Shown one piece after another: positions 13,491 through 28,074 of a stretch of 64,000 nucleotides of DNA (position 1 is its first letter; every line of letters begins with the position of its first letter). A program made the translations under genes and the position numbers. Where the stretch lies: assembly GCA_951406725.2 (NCBI GenBank), contig OX597830.1:24180001-24244000 (forward strand). The letters are read 5' to 3'. The DNA comes from Octopus vulgaris (lineage: Eukaryota). A model generated the notes under the pieces. The model was not told the origin of the DNA and ran no database searches. It saw only the letters and a program-made list of their open reading frames with translations.

Positions 13491-13523
13491 TATACATACA
13501 TACATACATACATACAAACACAC

Positions 13524-13565
<42 letters not shown>

Positions 13566-13796
13566 CTATACATATAAAACTATATATATGTACATATGTC
13601 TATATATATATATGTGCGTGTGTGTGTATACACACATATATATATATATATATACACACATCTATACATATAAGTTTCTATATATTTGTACATATTCTTT
13701 TATATGTATATATGTGTGTGTATATATATACATATATATATGTATATATATACATACATATATATATACATATATATATATACATATATATATACA

Positions 13797-13851
<55 letters not shown>

Positions 13852-13860
13852 ATGTATATA
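13491..13860 (+). repeat. (TA)/(TACA)/(TG) compound microsatellite
   Basis: Direct reading. Confidence 0.92.
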
Positions 13861-14737
13861 ACAGCTGAAATACTACCCATGAAAATGATTTTTAGTATGC
13901 AAAATGTTACACAAACAAATTTTTGTATAATATTTTTGTAGTTAGACGTGTTATTTTCTCGGCGCTAGACTTGAACAGTGAATGATAAAAGATAGAAGAA
14001 TGCTGAAAATTTCTCTGCAGGAATAATGCACAAGCATATGAATGAATGGCTTAGCTGATATGGAAGAACAAATAGGATTTATTCACGTATTTTTAGAATA
14101 TATCGCATATTTTCGTAAACAATAGCTTTGGTGATACCTTTGTGTGTGCATGTGTGCGTGTGAGTGTGTGTGTGTGTATGTGTGACAACATTAAAAGTTA
14201 AGTGTTAAGTTCACACATAAGCACAATTTAAGACGGAAAATAGCTTAACAGGATCACCTACTAGAATTCAGAGACGTATCTGCCGAAAAGTTGTTACATT
14301 GCGGCAACTGTTACATCAAATCTATTCGACACCACCCGCCATCGATTTAGCAAAATCTAGAATTACCACTGGATCAGCTACCATTGTTTGCCACCATTTG
14401 TATCACGCACATTTTATTGGTGTTCTTGATAGTCTCATAAATCCTAATGAAGAGGTCGTCTGCTCTCAATCAGTTAATAGAATCTTCCATTTGGCTTTAT
14501 TTTTAAGCTTCGCCTTGCACATACTTCTTTTAAGCGAACTATATCTTGACTAACCAACCAAATATAAGTGAGAGGTACAGTTCTAAGCAGAGCAATATTC
14601 TGAGGAAAGCGAACCCCATATGGATGGGAACTACGTCATTTAGCTGAATAGCGGTGCAGCTTTAGTGCAAGCAATGTCTATTTACACAACGACTGGAAAA
14701 GCTATATCTAGGGAAGTTCTTTGCCAAATACCCAACT

Positions 14738-15266
<529 letters not shown>

Positions 15267-15286
15267 AATGTATGTATATAGACACA

Positions 15287-15317
<31 letters not shown>

Positions 15318-15319
15318 GT

Positions 15320-15524
15320 ACTAGTTTCAGTCATTTGACTGCGGCCATGCTGGAGCACCGCCTTTAGAGTGGTGAAAGAGTACAGCAGGGATCACCACCA
15401 TCCCCTGCCGGACCCTCGTGGAGCTTTTAGGTGTTTTTTTCGCTCAATAAACACACACAACGCCCGGTCTGGGAATCGAAACCGCGATCCTCCGACCGCA
15501 AGTCCGCTGCCCTAACCACTGGGC
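15320..15524 (-). mobile_element. SINE family C head fused to family A tail
   Basis: 15367-15524 is the family C 5' part (cccagtggttagggcagcggac...ggtttcgattccc); 15320-15366 is the family A 3' tail. Confidence 0.75.
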
Positions 15525-16260
15525 AGTATTCGGGATGAATTTCACAGTTTACATAAAAGGAAATGAAAACACAATATCCCATCCCAAAATGAAAGTATTT
15601 TTCAAAAGATCAAAAAATATTAACAAGATTATGGCTGAGAGATAACAGTTTACTCTAAGTAACCACTTTCATTTCTCACCATGGCTTCGAGATTCTCCTA
15701 AATCTGGCGCAAACATACCTCACTGTCCTTGAGAAAATCTACGAACACTTCTCCAATTTTTGCCTCCAGCTTGGCCTTATTCTTGTAGGCAAATGGGTAG
15801 TTTGTTTCTTTACCTCGCCCTGCATGTAGTCGGGGAGAAGTTGGAGACCAGAAGTTCGGGTTGGTGAAGTCATAGAAATTCTCCGACGGCCATTCCTGAC
15901 TCTTTTCGACGGTAGGGCAAGGACCCAAATCCTTCTGCCACACATGGCCTTCTCGTAGGAATCCCTTACAACCAGGTTTTGACCATACAGTCCAGCAACT
16001 TCACGTAGCCATCTGAATTGAATATGAGGTCATGTTCAAGGCGCTGCGGCTGCATGACTAGAGACACACGCAAAAATCACCACAGTTTTGGTGATCTTGG
16101 TTTTTATGATATACATACATGTCTTACAACCGTTGCAATTTCCACAGAGCATGAAATAGCAGTCATAATGCTTGTAGGCTTTTAGTCCTTCATTTCAACT
16201 AACTTCTTCTCAGCTACAACTTTAATCGTTATGCTCTCCAACACCGTTAACTGTTGTTCC
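15525..16260 (-). mobile_element. maT (DD37D) transposase remnant
   Basis: ORF 15698-15943 WQKDLGPCPT..KSQEWPSENFYDFTNPNFWSPTSP...KETN...NKAKLEAKIGEVF is a decayed WQQDSAPCH...WPPNSPD region. Confidence 0.8.
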
Positions 16261-16323
16261 CTATAAAAAAGAGACATGAAATCGTCTAATTTATCTCGAA
16301 TACAGCTTATATATGTATATATA

Positions 16324-16356
<33 letters not shown>

Positions 16357-16447
16357 ATGTATGTATGTATGTATGTATGTATGTATGTATGTGTGTGTGT
16401 GTCTATGTATGTATCTATGTATGTATGTATGTATGTATGTATGTATG

Positions 16448-16478
<31 letters not shown>

Positions 16479-16486
16479 GAATGTAT

Positions 16487-16537
<51 letters not shown>

Positions 16538-16656
16538 AATATATATATGTATTATTATATGCGTGTATGTGTATGAGTATGTATGATAGATAGATAGAAT
16601 AGTACACCTACTCATAAACAACATACATAGCACGTGTGTAAATATCTATGTATATA

Positions 16657-16696
<40 letters not shown>

Positions 16697-17136
16697 CATA
16701 TAGATAGATATATATATATATATATATCCACACACGCATATACATATACATATGCATATATATATATATATATATACATAAATATACTGTTAACGCCATT
16801 GAAGAATCAGAATAGCATAATAACGCTGTTAAGAAATCGAGTTATATGTAAATAAAACAGACTTAGTATTGAGCTGGGATAGAAATTGTTTTTAAACACA
16901 AATTATGGTTAATAAATATTGTTTATTTATACAGCTCATTATTGGGTTATTTATTCGCAGAAACAGAAGTTAGAATAAATAAGAACTATAGCATTTCCAT
17001 TGCTCAAAAGAATTATTTGTTAAATCATTTCGACATGAAAGAATCCTTTCTATTCTAGGTACTAGGCCTGGATTTTTTTTTTTCTTTTTTTTGACTGGTA
17101 CTTATTTTATCGACCCCTAAAAATGTCGATAAAGTG

Positions 17137-17196
17137 CAGGTGTCTTGGGGGAAATTTCGAACCTGGGTTCTTATTCCTAAGGTATTTTTCGATGTG

Positions 17197-17279
<83 letters not shown>

Positions 17280-17604
17280 CATTATTATTATTATTCTATG
17301 TTTGACTTTGGCTTTATGTCTGTACAAGTTGGCTCCAAGTCTCACCCAGAGACCTCAAGAGACAACAGGTTGGAAGTTCTGTGCCATATATTTGGGTTTT
17401 TTTTTTGGGGGTGTTGTACTAGTGAATGTCTAATAGATAAAAAATAAAAAATAAATAAAGAAGAAAAAAAAAATAATAATAAAAAAAAAGAAAGTTTGTT
17501 TTAAACCTTGGGATTACATAGAGAGTATTTTGCGTAGGATATGAGCAGTTCCCATGAGCACTATCTTTTGAATTTCTGCCATTTTGGGGTTTCCTGGTAT
17601 CCTG

Positions 17605-17665
<61 letters not shown>

Positions 17666-17766
17666 CATCATCATTATTATTATTATTATTATTCAGGTCA
17701 CTGCCTGGAATCGAACTCGGAATCTTGGGATTAGTAGCTTTCGGTCTTAACCACTACGCAACGGGC
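17137..17766 (-). mobile_element. tRNA-headed element (family E) with internal (AAT)n, split by a Dong insertion
   Basis: Minus head gcgtagtggttaagacc...gagttcgattccaggc (A and B boxes) at 17766-17694, (AAT)n, body resumes 17197-17137; joining head and body is inference. Confidence 0.6.
17296..17605 (-). mobile_element. R4/Dong non-LTR retroposon 3' end in (TAA)n
   Basis: Minus RIPGNPKMAEIQKIVLMGTAHILRKILSM* plus 3' UTR; (AAT)n on both sides. Confidence 0.85.
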
Positions 17767-17855
17767 AGAAGAAGAAGAAGAAGAAGAAGAAGAAGAAGAA
17801 GAAGGAGAAGAAGAAGAAGAAGAAGAAGAAGGAGGAGGAGGAGGAGGAGGAGGAG
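17767..17855 (+). repeat. (AGA)n(GGA)n microsatellite
   Basis: Direct reading. Confidence 0.95.
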
Positions 17856-18205
17856 AAAAAGAATGAGGGAGTGTCATGATAGTAGTTAAATGGTCAAGTG
17901 ACCTAAACGTGACTCGTTATGGATTATAGCAGTGATTGAGACGGATTTTTATTAAATTCTATATCTTTCTGCAGCTGAAGATTGTTCTGCATTTTAAATT
18001 GATGTAAGGATTGCATTGTTCAATTAAATGGAGTTGCATGAAACGATCGTACTGCATTACCTATGGATATCCTTGTTGCTTATTTTGATTTTGATCACCT
18101 TACTTTGAAATTGTATGGTTAATACCGTACTAAATTCTAGTGTCTCAACTTAAGTACCATATTCCTCTGAATCTAATTTTTTGCTGAACTCATGTACCAT
18201 ACCCA

Positions 18206-18770
<565 letters not shown>

Positions 18771-18914
18771 AAAAGAATATATATATTGAAATAATAGCAT
18801 GAAATGTAATATCAAAAAATTTCACACGAAGATGTATGTTTTCAAAATAGTATTGTATTAAAAATATATGTAAATATATGAAATATCATAGTCAAGAAGT
18901 TTGGTAATTAATGT

Positions 18915-19004
18915 ATCTTACGCTCGTTTCGCGAATGTTTTGTCAATATAATGGAATCCATTATTGATACACATTGATAGACAATACTTCCGCTCGTCAG
19001 AGAT
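18915..19004 (-). ncRNA. Type I hammerhead ribozyme, apparently intact
   Basis: Minus: ATCT-CTGACGA-GCGGAAGTATTGTC...GACAAAACATTCGC-GAAA-CGAGC-GTA-AGAT; stems I, II and III all pair. Confidence 0.8.
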
Positions 19005-19268
19005 GGAGAAGGTAAAGTCTGTATAATATATCGAATGTAATTTTTTAAATCTGAAAAATATATGAAAAAGGATTTTCGAAAAATAAATTAAAATTTACTG
19101 ATTTTGAATTACGTAGGTAGACATTGGTATGAAAATGTTAAAGTTTGTATACATATCCTTGGTAAGTTCATCTCGGTAACCCATGACAATTTTGTGTAAG
19201 CGGTACCTAATCCTGCATTCCTTATTTGAGATGTAGAAAAAATATGTTTATATACACACGCACACTCA

Positions 19269-19364
<96 letters not shown>

Positions 19365-20229
19365 ACGACAGGCAGACAGATGCAGAAGTGTCTTTCGTAC
19401 TTAACACGGGCCTACGTGGGTATGTACTTTGCGCCGTCAATGCAAGGAGATGGTACCGAGGATTTGGCGAGAAATAAGTACAAAGAATATTTATAGTAAA
19501 TTTATATTATATTTTGTTACTGATACAACGTCTGTCTAAATTCAATTTAAGATGACCGTTTGACCGAGTTAGGTTCATAATCATTGAAAATGTTACACAG
19601 AAAATTAAAAGAAGCGGAAGAGGAAATTGTAAAGAGAAACAATGCAAGGAAAATGAGGTGGGGGGGTTGAAATAGAAGAATGAGAAGTAAAATACGTTAA
19701 GAGAGAGCTAAAAGGATCGAAAGTATAAATGAAGGAAGGAATGAAGGAAGGAATAATTTAATTTAAGAAGGATAAAGAAAAAAAATAATGGAAAATGGAG
19801 AGAAATGGAAGAAGGAATAAAGGGGGCAGAAAGATAGGAACGAAAGAATAAGGGAAGCAAAGAAGCGGCATAGAATGGAAGATGTGTGAAGGGATTAGAG
19901 AGAAGGATAGAGGAAAAAGAAAAGAAAGAGAGAAAAAAGATAAAGGAATTTATTAGAGAGAGAGAGGGGAATAAAAGGGAGAGAGAGTGAAGAATAAAAG
20001 GGAGAGAAAAAAGGGGATGGAGGAGAGTGTGTATAATGTGTTTTAATAGAAACTGGAAAGAAAGGAAGAAAGAAAGGAAGGAAGAAAAGAAGGATTTCAG
20101 CCTTAGTGAATAACAGGCAGGATTTTATGTAATCAACCAATGTGGAACAGACGTGGTGATAATGAAATGTACATGTTCTCTTTTCAAAACATGAACACAC
20201 ACATAGACACAGAGACACATGTTTAGACA

Positions 20230-20336
20230 TGCATATACACATATAATGTAAATACATATATACATATATACGTATATTCGCATATATATATATATATATG
20301 TGTGTGGGTGTGTAAATATATAAAAATGTATATGTA

Positions 20337-20387
<51 letters not shown>

Positions 20388-20394
20388 ATGTATG

Positions 20395-20431
<37 letters not shown>

Positions 20432-20436
20432 GTATG

Positions 20437-20473
<37 letters not shown>

Positions 20474-20484
20474 GTATATGTATG

Positions 20485-20567
<83 letters not shown>

Positions 20568-20768
20568 GTATGTATATGTATGTATATATACGTATTTAGA
20601 TTTATGATAATTACAATGGGCTCATATGTTCTCGCACAGAACCTCATCTCCGTACTAACACAAACAACACATGCACACAAATGCAAATATGTGCGTGTAT
20701 GCATAAACATGTATGCGTGTGTATGTATGTATATGTGCATGAGTGCACATGCATATGTATCAAGTGTG

Positions 20769-20818
<50 letters not shown>

Positions 20819-20921
20819 TATGTGTTTGTGTGTATTTGTGTGAGTCAATACACATGTGTATGTTTTTGTTGATACGTAAATGCTAACAATGTGTGCAATC
20901 CGTTATGATAATATATATGTG

Positions 20922-20954
<33 letters not shown>

Positions 20955-20989
20955 GTGTATATATATATATATACACACACAAAATATTT

Positions 20990-21037
<48 letters not shown>

Positions 21038-21090
21038 TGTATGCAGTATGTATGTATGTATATATATATATCTGCATACATGCATACATG
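20230..21090 (+). repeat. Extended (TA)/(TATG) microsatellite field
   Basis: Direct reading. Confidence 0.9.
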
Positions 21091-22027
21091 CATATAGAAA
21101 GAATAGTGCCTGGTTAGATAGCAGACAGCAAAGCAGTAAAGAGAGCGGGAAGTTATGTGTTAATGGGGCGAGGTAGAAGGGTGAGAGGGAGAGATAATAT
21201 GGAAGAATCAAGAGCGGCAGATTTATGTCCGATGGGACATGTTTGGGAAATGCTTTTCATAGGTATGCAGTCATTGTTATTTTTTGATTTGGTTTGGGTT
21301 TTTTTTGTTTCGGAGTTGTTTTGCAGTTATTCATATATTTTATTTTATTTTTATTTTATTTATTTATTTATTTTTTTTTTTTTTTTTTTGAGAAATAAAT
21401 AAGATAAATGTAACGAGGAGAGAAAAAAAAAATTATTCGAAACGAAACGAAACGAAAAAGATATTCATTGGAAAATTTTTGCAAAGATTGCAAGCAGATA
21501 TGATAAAAATATCGAAAGTTTAAAAACGCTGTATGCATAGACGTACGTACGTATTTAAGTATGTATGTACGTACGTACGTACGTATGTATGTATGTATGA
21601 ATCTAACAGACAATGTATATGCATAGATGCGTAGATACAAGCAGAAGACAATGAGGGAGAGATACCAACATCCCTTTCACACTACCAAATAAAGAAACGT
21701 AACAGCTACTCATTCAAGCATATACATGTATATATGAATATATATATATATATATATATATATCGACTATTGAGTATGTCTACCGGGATGTAGTTATGCT
21801 TTATTACAATCACAAGCTTATATAAATTTAAATGTAGAAGTAAATAATACCTTTTAAGCGAATATATATGTGTATACGCACATACCTGTATGTGCTTGTA
21901 CACGTGTGTACTTTAATGGAAAGCATATACATACTCGCGAGCACACACACACGTACACACACATACACACTCTCTTTCTCTCGCGGGCACCCCACCACAT
22001 ATACACTCACTCATATACATGTTTGCA

Positions 22028-22125
<98 letters not shown>

Positions 22126-22222
22126 TATGTATATATATTTATACACAAATCTATGCATGTGCATATACCAGCATAGATATTAACATGTTTATTTGCACAC
22201 ACATATTTTTGCATGTATGTGT

Positions 22223-22265
<43 letters not shown>

Positions 22266-22271
22266 CATATA

Positions 22272-22311
<40 letters not shown>

Positions 22312-22542
22312 CATATGTATATGCATGCATATAGATATGGGTATATATGCATAATAACATATATATCTTTATGTATAAATATACGCATGCTTACAAACGC
22401 ATGTGTTCAGACAAACAGGCACACACATTTATATATACATGCATTCATTCAAACATGCATATCTACAATAGTGTGTGCTTATTTTTCCAGGTATATATAA
22501 AACATATAATATATAATGTGTATATATAATGTGTGTGTATGC

Positions 22543-22612
<70 letters not shown>

Positions 22613-23298
22613 GTATATCCTTTTTCATAACTGTGTGTATGTATGTGAGTATTATATCACCGTTTAAATGTATCTGTAAGTATACAAACACCAGCGCGCG
22701 CACATGATTATTAAGAACTTACAATTTTGAATCGCTCTTCAGATTTTCTCATTTGCTTAGTTCATGAGATTGACACATTGAAAGATCAGGGTCGAAAACT
22801 TGCTAGAAGCAGCTCACACTGACTGAGCTTTCAATGAAGAATATTATTCCACTCTAGCTAACAATATTGAGTACATTCTTTGGCTTAATTGCATTTCAAC
22901 CATAGTGTCTCTATCATACACACATCCATACATACACACACACGTATTCGTATATATATATATATGTATATATATATATACAGAGGGAGAGAGAGAGAGA
23001 GAGAGAGAAAGAAGAGAGAGAGAGAGGGAGAAAGAGAGAGAGAGAGGGAGAAAGAGAGAAAGATCAATACACACACATATGTATATACGGACATATGCAT
23101 ATGAATATATGAATTTATATATACATATATATATATATATGAGCTTGTATACATATATATATATGCATAAATACATATGTATATATATACTATAAATATA
23201 TATATACATGTGTATATGTATATGCAGGTGTATATACATATATATGCATAAATGCATATATATATGCATATATATATACGTATATATATGTATGTGTG

Positions 23299-23332
<34 letters not shown>

Positions 23333-24076
23333 CACATTTACATATGTATATATGAATGCATTGATGCATGTTTAAGCATGTGTATAAGGCAATGATATAA
23401 ATACATTTCCATGTATTCGTTTATGAAAATGAGGAAGCCGACGGCTGGGAACTATACATACATGCATATATATATGCATATATATATATATATATATTCA
23501 TATATATATGCATATATATATATATACATACATACATGAATACATATATGTATATATGTGTATATATACATATATGTATATATATATATATATACATATA
23601 CTTAGATATATATATATACTTAGATATATATACATACGTATATATATATATACATATATGTATATATACATATATATATATACGTACATATATATGCATA
23701 TATATATGTACATACATACATATATACATATATATGCATATATATATGTACATACATACATATATATATATATATGTATGTATGTATATATATATGCCTA
23801 TACATAAATGCTTCTATGTGTGCTCGTGTGTCTATGTGATATTATCTGCCGATGTGAAAAGATGAAGGCCTGCAATTCAGTTAGCGCGGAATGTACAATG
23901 CGCTACAATGGCGGCATACACAGCTGAATAAATGGAAAACTACATTTTTTTTATGGATTTCCTAGTGAGATATTTTCATGGGATCAAAACAAGTGAATAG
24001 AGAGGAAACGATAGAATCAATAACTGTTAACAATAACACTAACATTAACAACAACATTATTAACAAACAACAATGC

Positions 24077-24113
<37 letters not shown>

Positions 24114-24215
24114 ATGACGGCAACAACTGGAATGAGAGCTCCAATGTCGCCGCCAGCAGTTGTATTAAGAGCAGCGATTACAAAAATATGAACATGTATG
24201 AATTTGTGTTTCTAA

Positions 24216-24290
<75 letters not shown>

Positions 24291-24577
24291 GTATGTGTAT
24301 GTTTGTATATTTATATATATATATATATATATATATACATACGTCTATATAAGTAATATATATATAGTTATAAATATATGTATGTATGTATATATATATA
24401 CATATATATATGTATATATATATATATATACTCATATATAAACGTATCGTATGTATATATATATATATATATATATACCTGTCTTTGTATCTGTTATAAA
24501 TGCGTGTGGATATGTAAATAGATATATGTATGTATGTACGTAAGCATATAAGTATATATGTATGCATTCGTCTGTGT

Positions 24578-24627
<50 letters not shown>

Positions 24628-24715
24628 TGTGTGTGTGTGTGTGTCTGTGTGTGTCTGTGTGTCTGTGTGTGTGTGTGTATGTGTTTGTGCGCGCATGTGT
24701 GTATATATGTATATA
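22028..24715 (+). repeat. Microsatellite-dominated field ((TATC),(TA),(GA),(TG),(AGT)) with short unique islands
   Basis: Direct reading. Confidence 0.8.
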
Positions 24716-25701
24716 TGTAAGCCGCTAATATAACATGGAAATTAAAACCTTCAGCTTACCAAATTATATTCATATATTCATAACATATCTTTCTTTTCAA
24801 AGAATCCTAGGCGGAAATATCAGCCAGTAGGTTTCTTCGTTTTTTCTTTTCTTTTCTTTTTTTTTATGAGAGCTTTTAAAATGCTCGAAAACACACCAAG
24901 ATCGATACTTGTAAAATGCAGCCGACGGAACTGGCTTGTATCCCCTAATTTACTTTCCACGACCATATTACCTTTGTCTTATTCCTTTTAAGGAACATTG
25001 CAAATCTTCCAATCCGTTCTTTTATACCTTTCTTACTTCGATGTAGTTGTGGTTGAATGGTTAAGTCGTTTGCTTGCCAATCACGAGGTATCCTGTTCGA
25101 TCCCATTATACCTTTATTTTGGTATGTGCCTTCTCCTGTAGCTTGATTTATATACATTTGGGGGAAAACTACGCTACACAAGATGTGAAATGTAATTATA
25201 ATTATTCTGCTTAACGCTTGTGCTCGATTTTTCGAGATTTCTCCATCGATCAGATGGCGAAAGCCAGTACGAGATGGAATTCAAAGCGCTGAAGTTCATC
25301 TCCTAAATTTCAGTTGAATGGTGTTTGGGAGATGAAAACTGTGTAGGAACCTGTACAAGGCACACCTAATACGTTGCCTCGTTTAACATCCTTCTTAATA
25401 TAAGGGTCCTTTTGTAAGATCCACTCCGTTACATTCATTTGTAACAGGCTTTAATTCGCTCCCACATTGCATCAGTTTCAGATGTTGAGATATGTATCAT
25501 GTGGCTCATGCCCCCCCCCCTTCTTCGGTATAAGCCACTATTGGCTGTGTAGTATAAACACATCAGAGTTAAAAGCAAACACACACACACACACGTACAC
25601 ACACGCACACACACAGATAGATAGATAGAGAGCCAGACAGACAGACAAACAGACAGACTGACAGCTAGATAGATAGATAGATAGATACATACATACATAC
25701 A

Positions 25702-25735
<34 letters not shown>

Positions 25736-26304
25736 CACATTTATATATATATATATATGCAGAGAGAAAGAGAGCGAGAGAGAGAGAGGAGATATGCAGA
25801 CAAACAGGCTTACGCCTGATATATAAAACGTACATATATTCATGTAGATATATATATAGGGATATGTATAGAGAGAAACGAAAACTAAAAATATTCAAAA
25901 GATGAAAATTCATGTAGAGGTATATAAATATTTATAAATTACAAAATACATTTATATTGAGTTCAAAAGCACAAAAAATTAAAAGGAGAAAGCATGGTAT
26001 TTTAAGCCCGACTGCTGTTTCTGAAAGCTCTGAATTACGTAATAGTTGTAATGTGTGGCAAGGGTGTATAAAAGACGCATATAAGCATTACTGTGAGAAC
26101 GGCTTCGTTGGTCATGGTGGAATGATCGGCAAATAGTGGCTGTATATAGCGGCAGAAGTGTTGCTGACAGCCATTGTTTTTGACATCTAGGAAGTCATAC
26201 ATGTTGACGATTTGACAGGCATCATGTATGTGTGTACGTACGAACGTATGTATGTATGTATGTATGTATGTATGTATGTATGTATGTATGTATGTATGTA
26301 TGCT

Positions 26305-26500
26305 CTTTTACTCTTTTATTTGTTTCAGTCATTTGACTGCGGCCATGCTGGAGCACCGCCTTTAATCGAGCAAATCGATCCCAGGACTTATTCTTTGTAA
26401 GCCTAGTACTTATTCTATTGGGCTCTTTTGCCGAACCGCTAAGTTACAGTGACGTAAACACACCAGCATCGGTTGTCAAGCGATGTTGGGGGGGGGGGGA
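26305..26500 (-). mobile_element. SINE family A 3' tail
   Basis: tgtttcagtcatttgactgcggccatgctggagcaccgcc...caccagcatcggttgtcaagcgatgttggg. Confidence 0.85.
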
Positions 26501-26976
26501 GCAACACAGGCACACAAACACACACATACTTATATATGCATATACATATATGTAACAGCCTTGTATATATATATAGTTAGGTATAAGGATAAAAATTATA
26601 TAAGAATTTATCAAGTAGCCAGCGTGAAAAAACCACTTAAGGGAAGAATTTCTACAAAATATATAATTATTCCCTTTAAATGCATTGGAAGCAGTACTGC
26701 GGATATCCCAACACATGAGCTGGAGACATGAGCGCCTCAAACACTTCTCATAAGGAATTCCGGAAGGAGCTTCGTGAGACTACCACAGGTATGCTTCCGA
26801 CAGATTTCTGTAACCGTTGGAAAACCGACTATAACATTGACTCCATTAATTCCTAGCAATATCTGAAGAAGGAATTTTTATATTCTGAAATATCATATTA
26901 GACTATGAATAATTAAATCATTTATAACAGTTATTATAGTCCACTCTGCATAGTTGTGCCATTCCATACAGGTTAC

Positions 26977-27057
<81 letters not shown>

Positions 27058-27061
<4 letters not shown>

Positions 27062-27168
27062 TCTTTTACGTTTCGAGCCTACGCTCTTCTACAGAAAGGG
27101 ACACGGAAAACAAGGAGAGAAACAAGGAGAGAAAAAATGAGTGTAGTGGCTAATGATCTATCATGGCG
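27058..27168 (-). mobile_element. Penelope pLTR fragment with variant hammerhead (27063-27098)
   Basis: Homologous to 45645-45750; minus CTTT-CTGTAGA-A-GAGC-GTAG-GCTC-GAAAC-GTA-AAAG. Confidence 0.75.
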
Positions 27169-27202
27169 TCGTATATATTTATATATACGACCTCGAACCC
27201 TC

Positions 27203-27325
27203 AAGAGTAAACAAGAAAGACAGAAACAAGGAAAATAGCCCTTGTATTTGAATACTATGCAAATATTCTTTTAAAAAAACTTTTCTTTTAATGTTTTCCA
27301 AATTTAATTGTTTTCCATATTGTAA
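27203..27325 (+). mobile_element. Repeat homologous to the hammerhead-bearing element at 63640-63847
   Basis: gaaacaaggaaaatagcccttgtatttgaa...aaatttaattgttttccata is the reverse complement of 63720-63847. Confidence 0.65.
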
Positions 27326-28074
27326 GCCAGAATAAAGCAGAGAAAAAAAAGCAAATAAATATTACAGATTTACCTCCCTTTTACTACAAAATAAATAAGT
27401 GAGCAACTACCTCTCTTAGCAACATATTTTCCTTAGCAATTTTATCTTTCAACTCTCATTCTTATGAACAATGCGAAACCGGTCCTTCAGTTATGTATTC
27501 TCGTTTATCACTGATGCATTTGTCATCGATCTGGGATATCAAGGTACATAACATTGTGAACCATGTTTAAAATGAAAGCATTGCGCCGATTTCAAAAAGT
27601 TTCTTTCTGGGAAGTATCGCAACCACTTTAAGCACTCATTTCTCACCATAACGCTCCCGTAATATTTTTCCACATTCTTATAAGCTCACAATGTTCCCAA
27701 GTAGGTGCTACTGCCCAAGGTTAAAAGCTCTGGTTTAGACTGACAAAGGTCAAATTTCTACCGCTTTTTCGGGAATTAAGTATATTATCTCAACTCCTTA
27801 TTTTCCATCTTTCCTCAAGTTGCTTCAATATTACAATAATTTCTTGTATTAAAATAACTAATGCCCCCTTAAAAATAGTCAAGCTCACTAACTGTATATC
27901 TTACCCCTAATGTTCTGGCTGGTTATTGTGTAACAGTCACTAAGCTGGGGCAAGTTGACTGTTTAGGGGGAACGTGAAGAGTGAGAACAGTTATTTCCAA
28001 CTCAACAGATATGTTCGGGCTAAATTCGACGATATTTGATATCTTCTCTTTTTTTTAGGAATTATTTCATGTAC

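Noticed and set aside
14230-14720. Possible RT remnant (LRADDL on minus)
   Set aside because: A single short motif with no supporting neighbours
17694-17766. Functional tRNA gene (also heads near 40775, 55818, 56220)
   Set aside because: A and B boxes present but acceptor stems do not close and each continues into a repeat body
22717-22745. Hammerhead-like fragments here and at 25287-25350, 26005-26025, 38448-38480, 59810-59900
   Set aside because: Only half of the core or several core substitutions; cannot be told from chance without a family consensus
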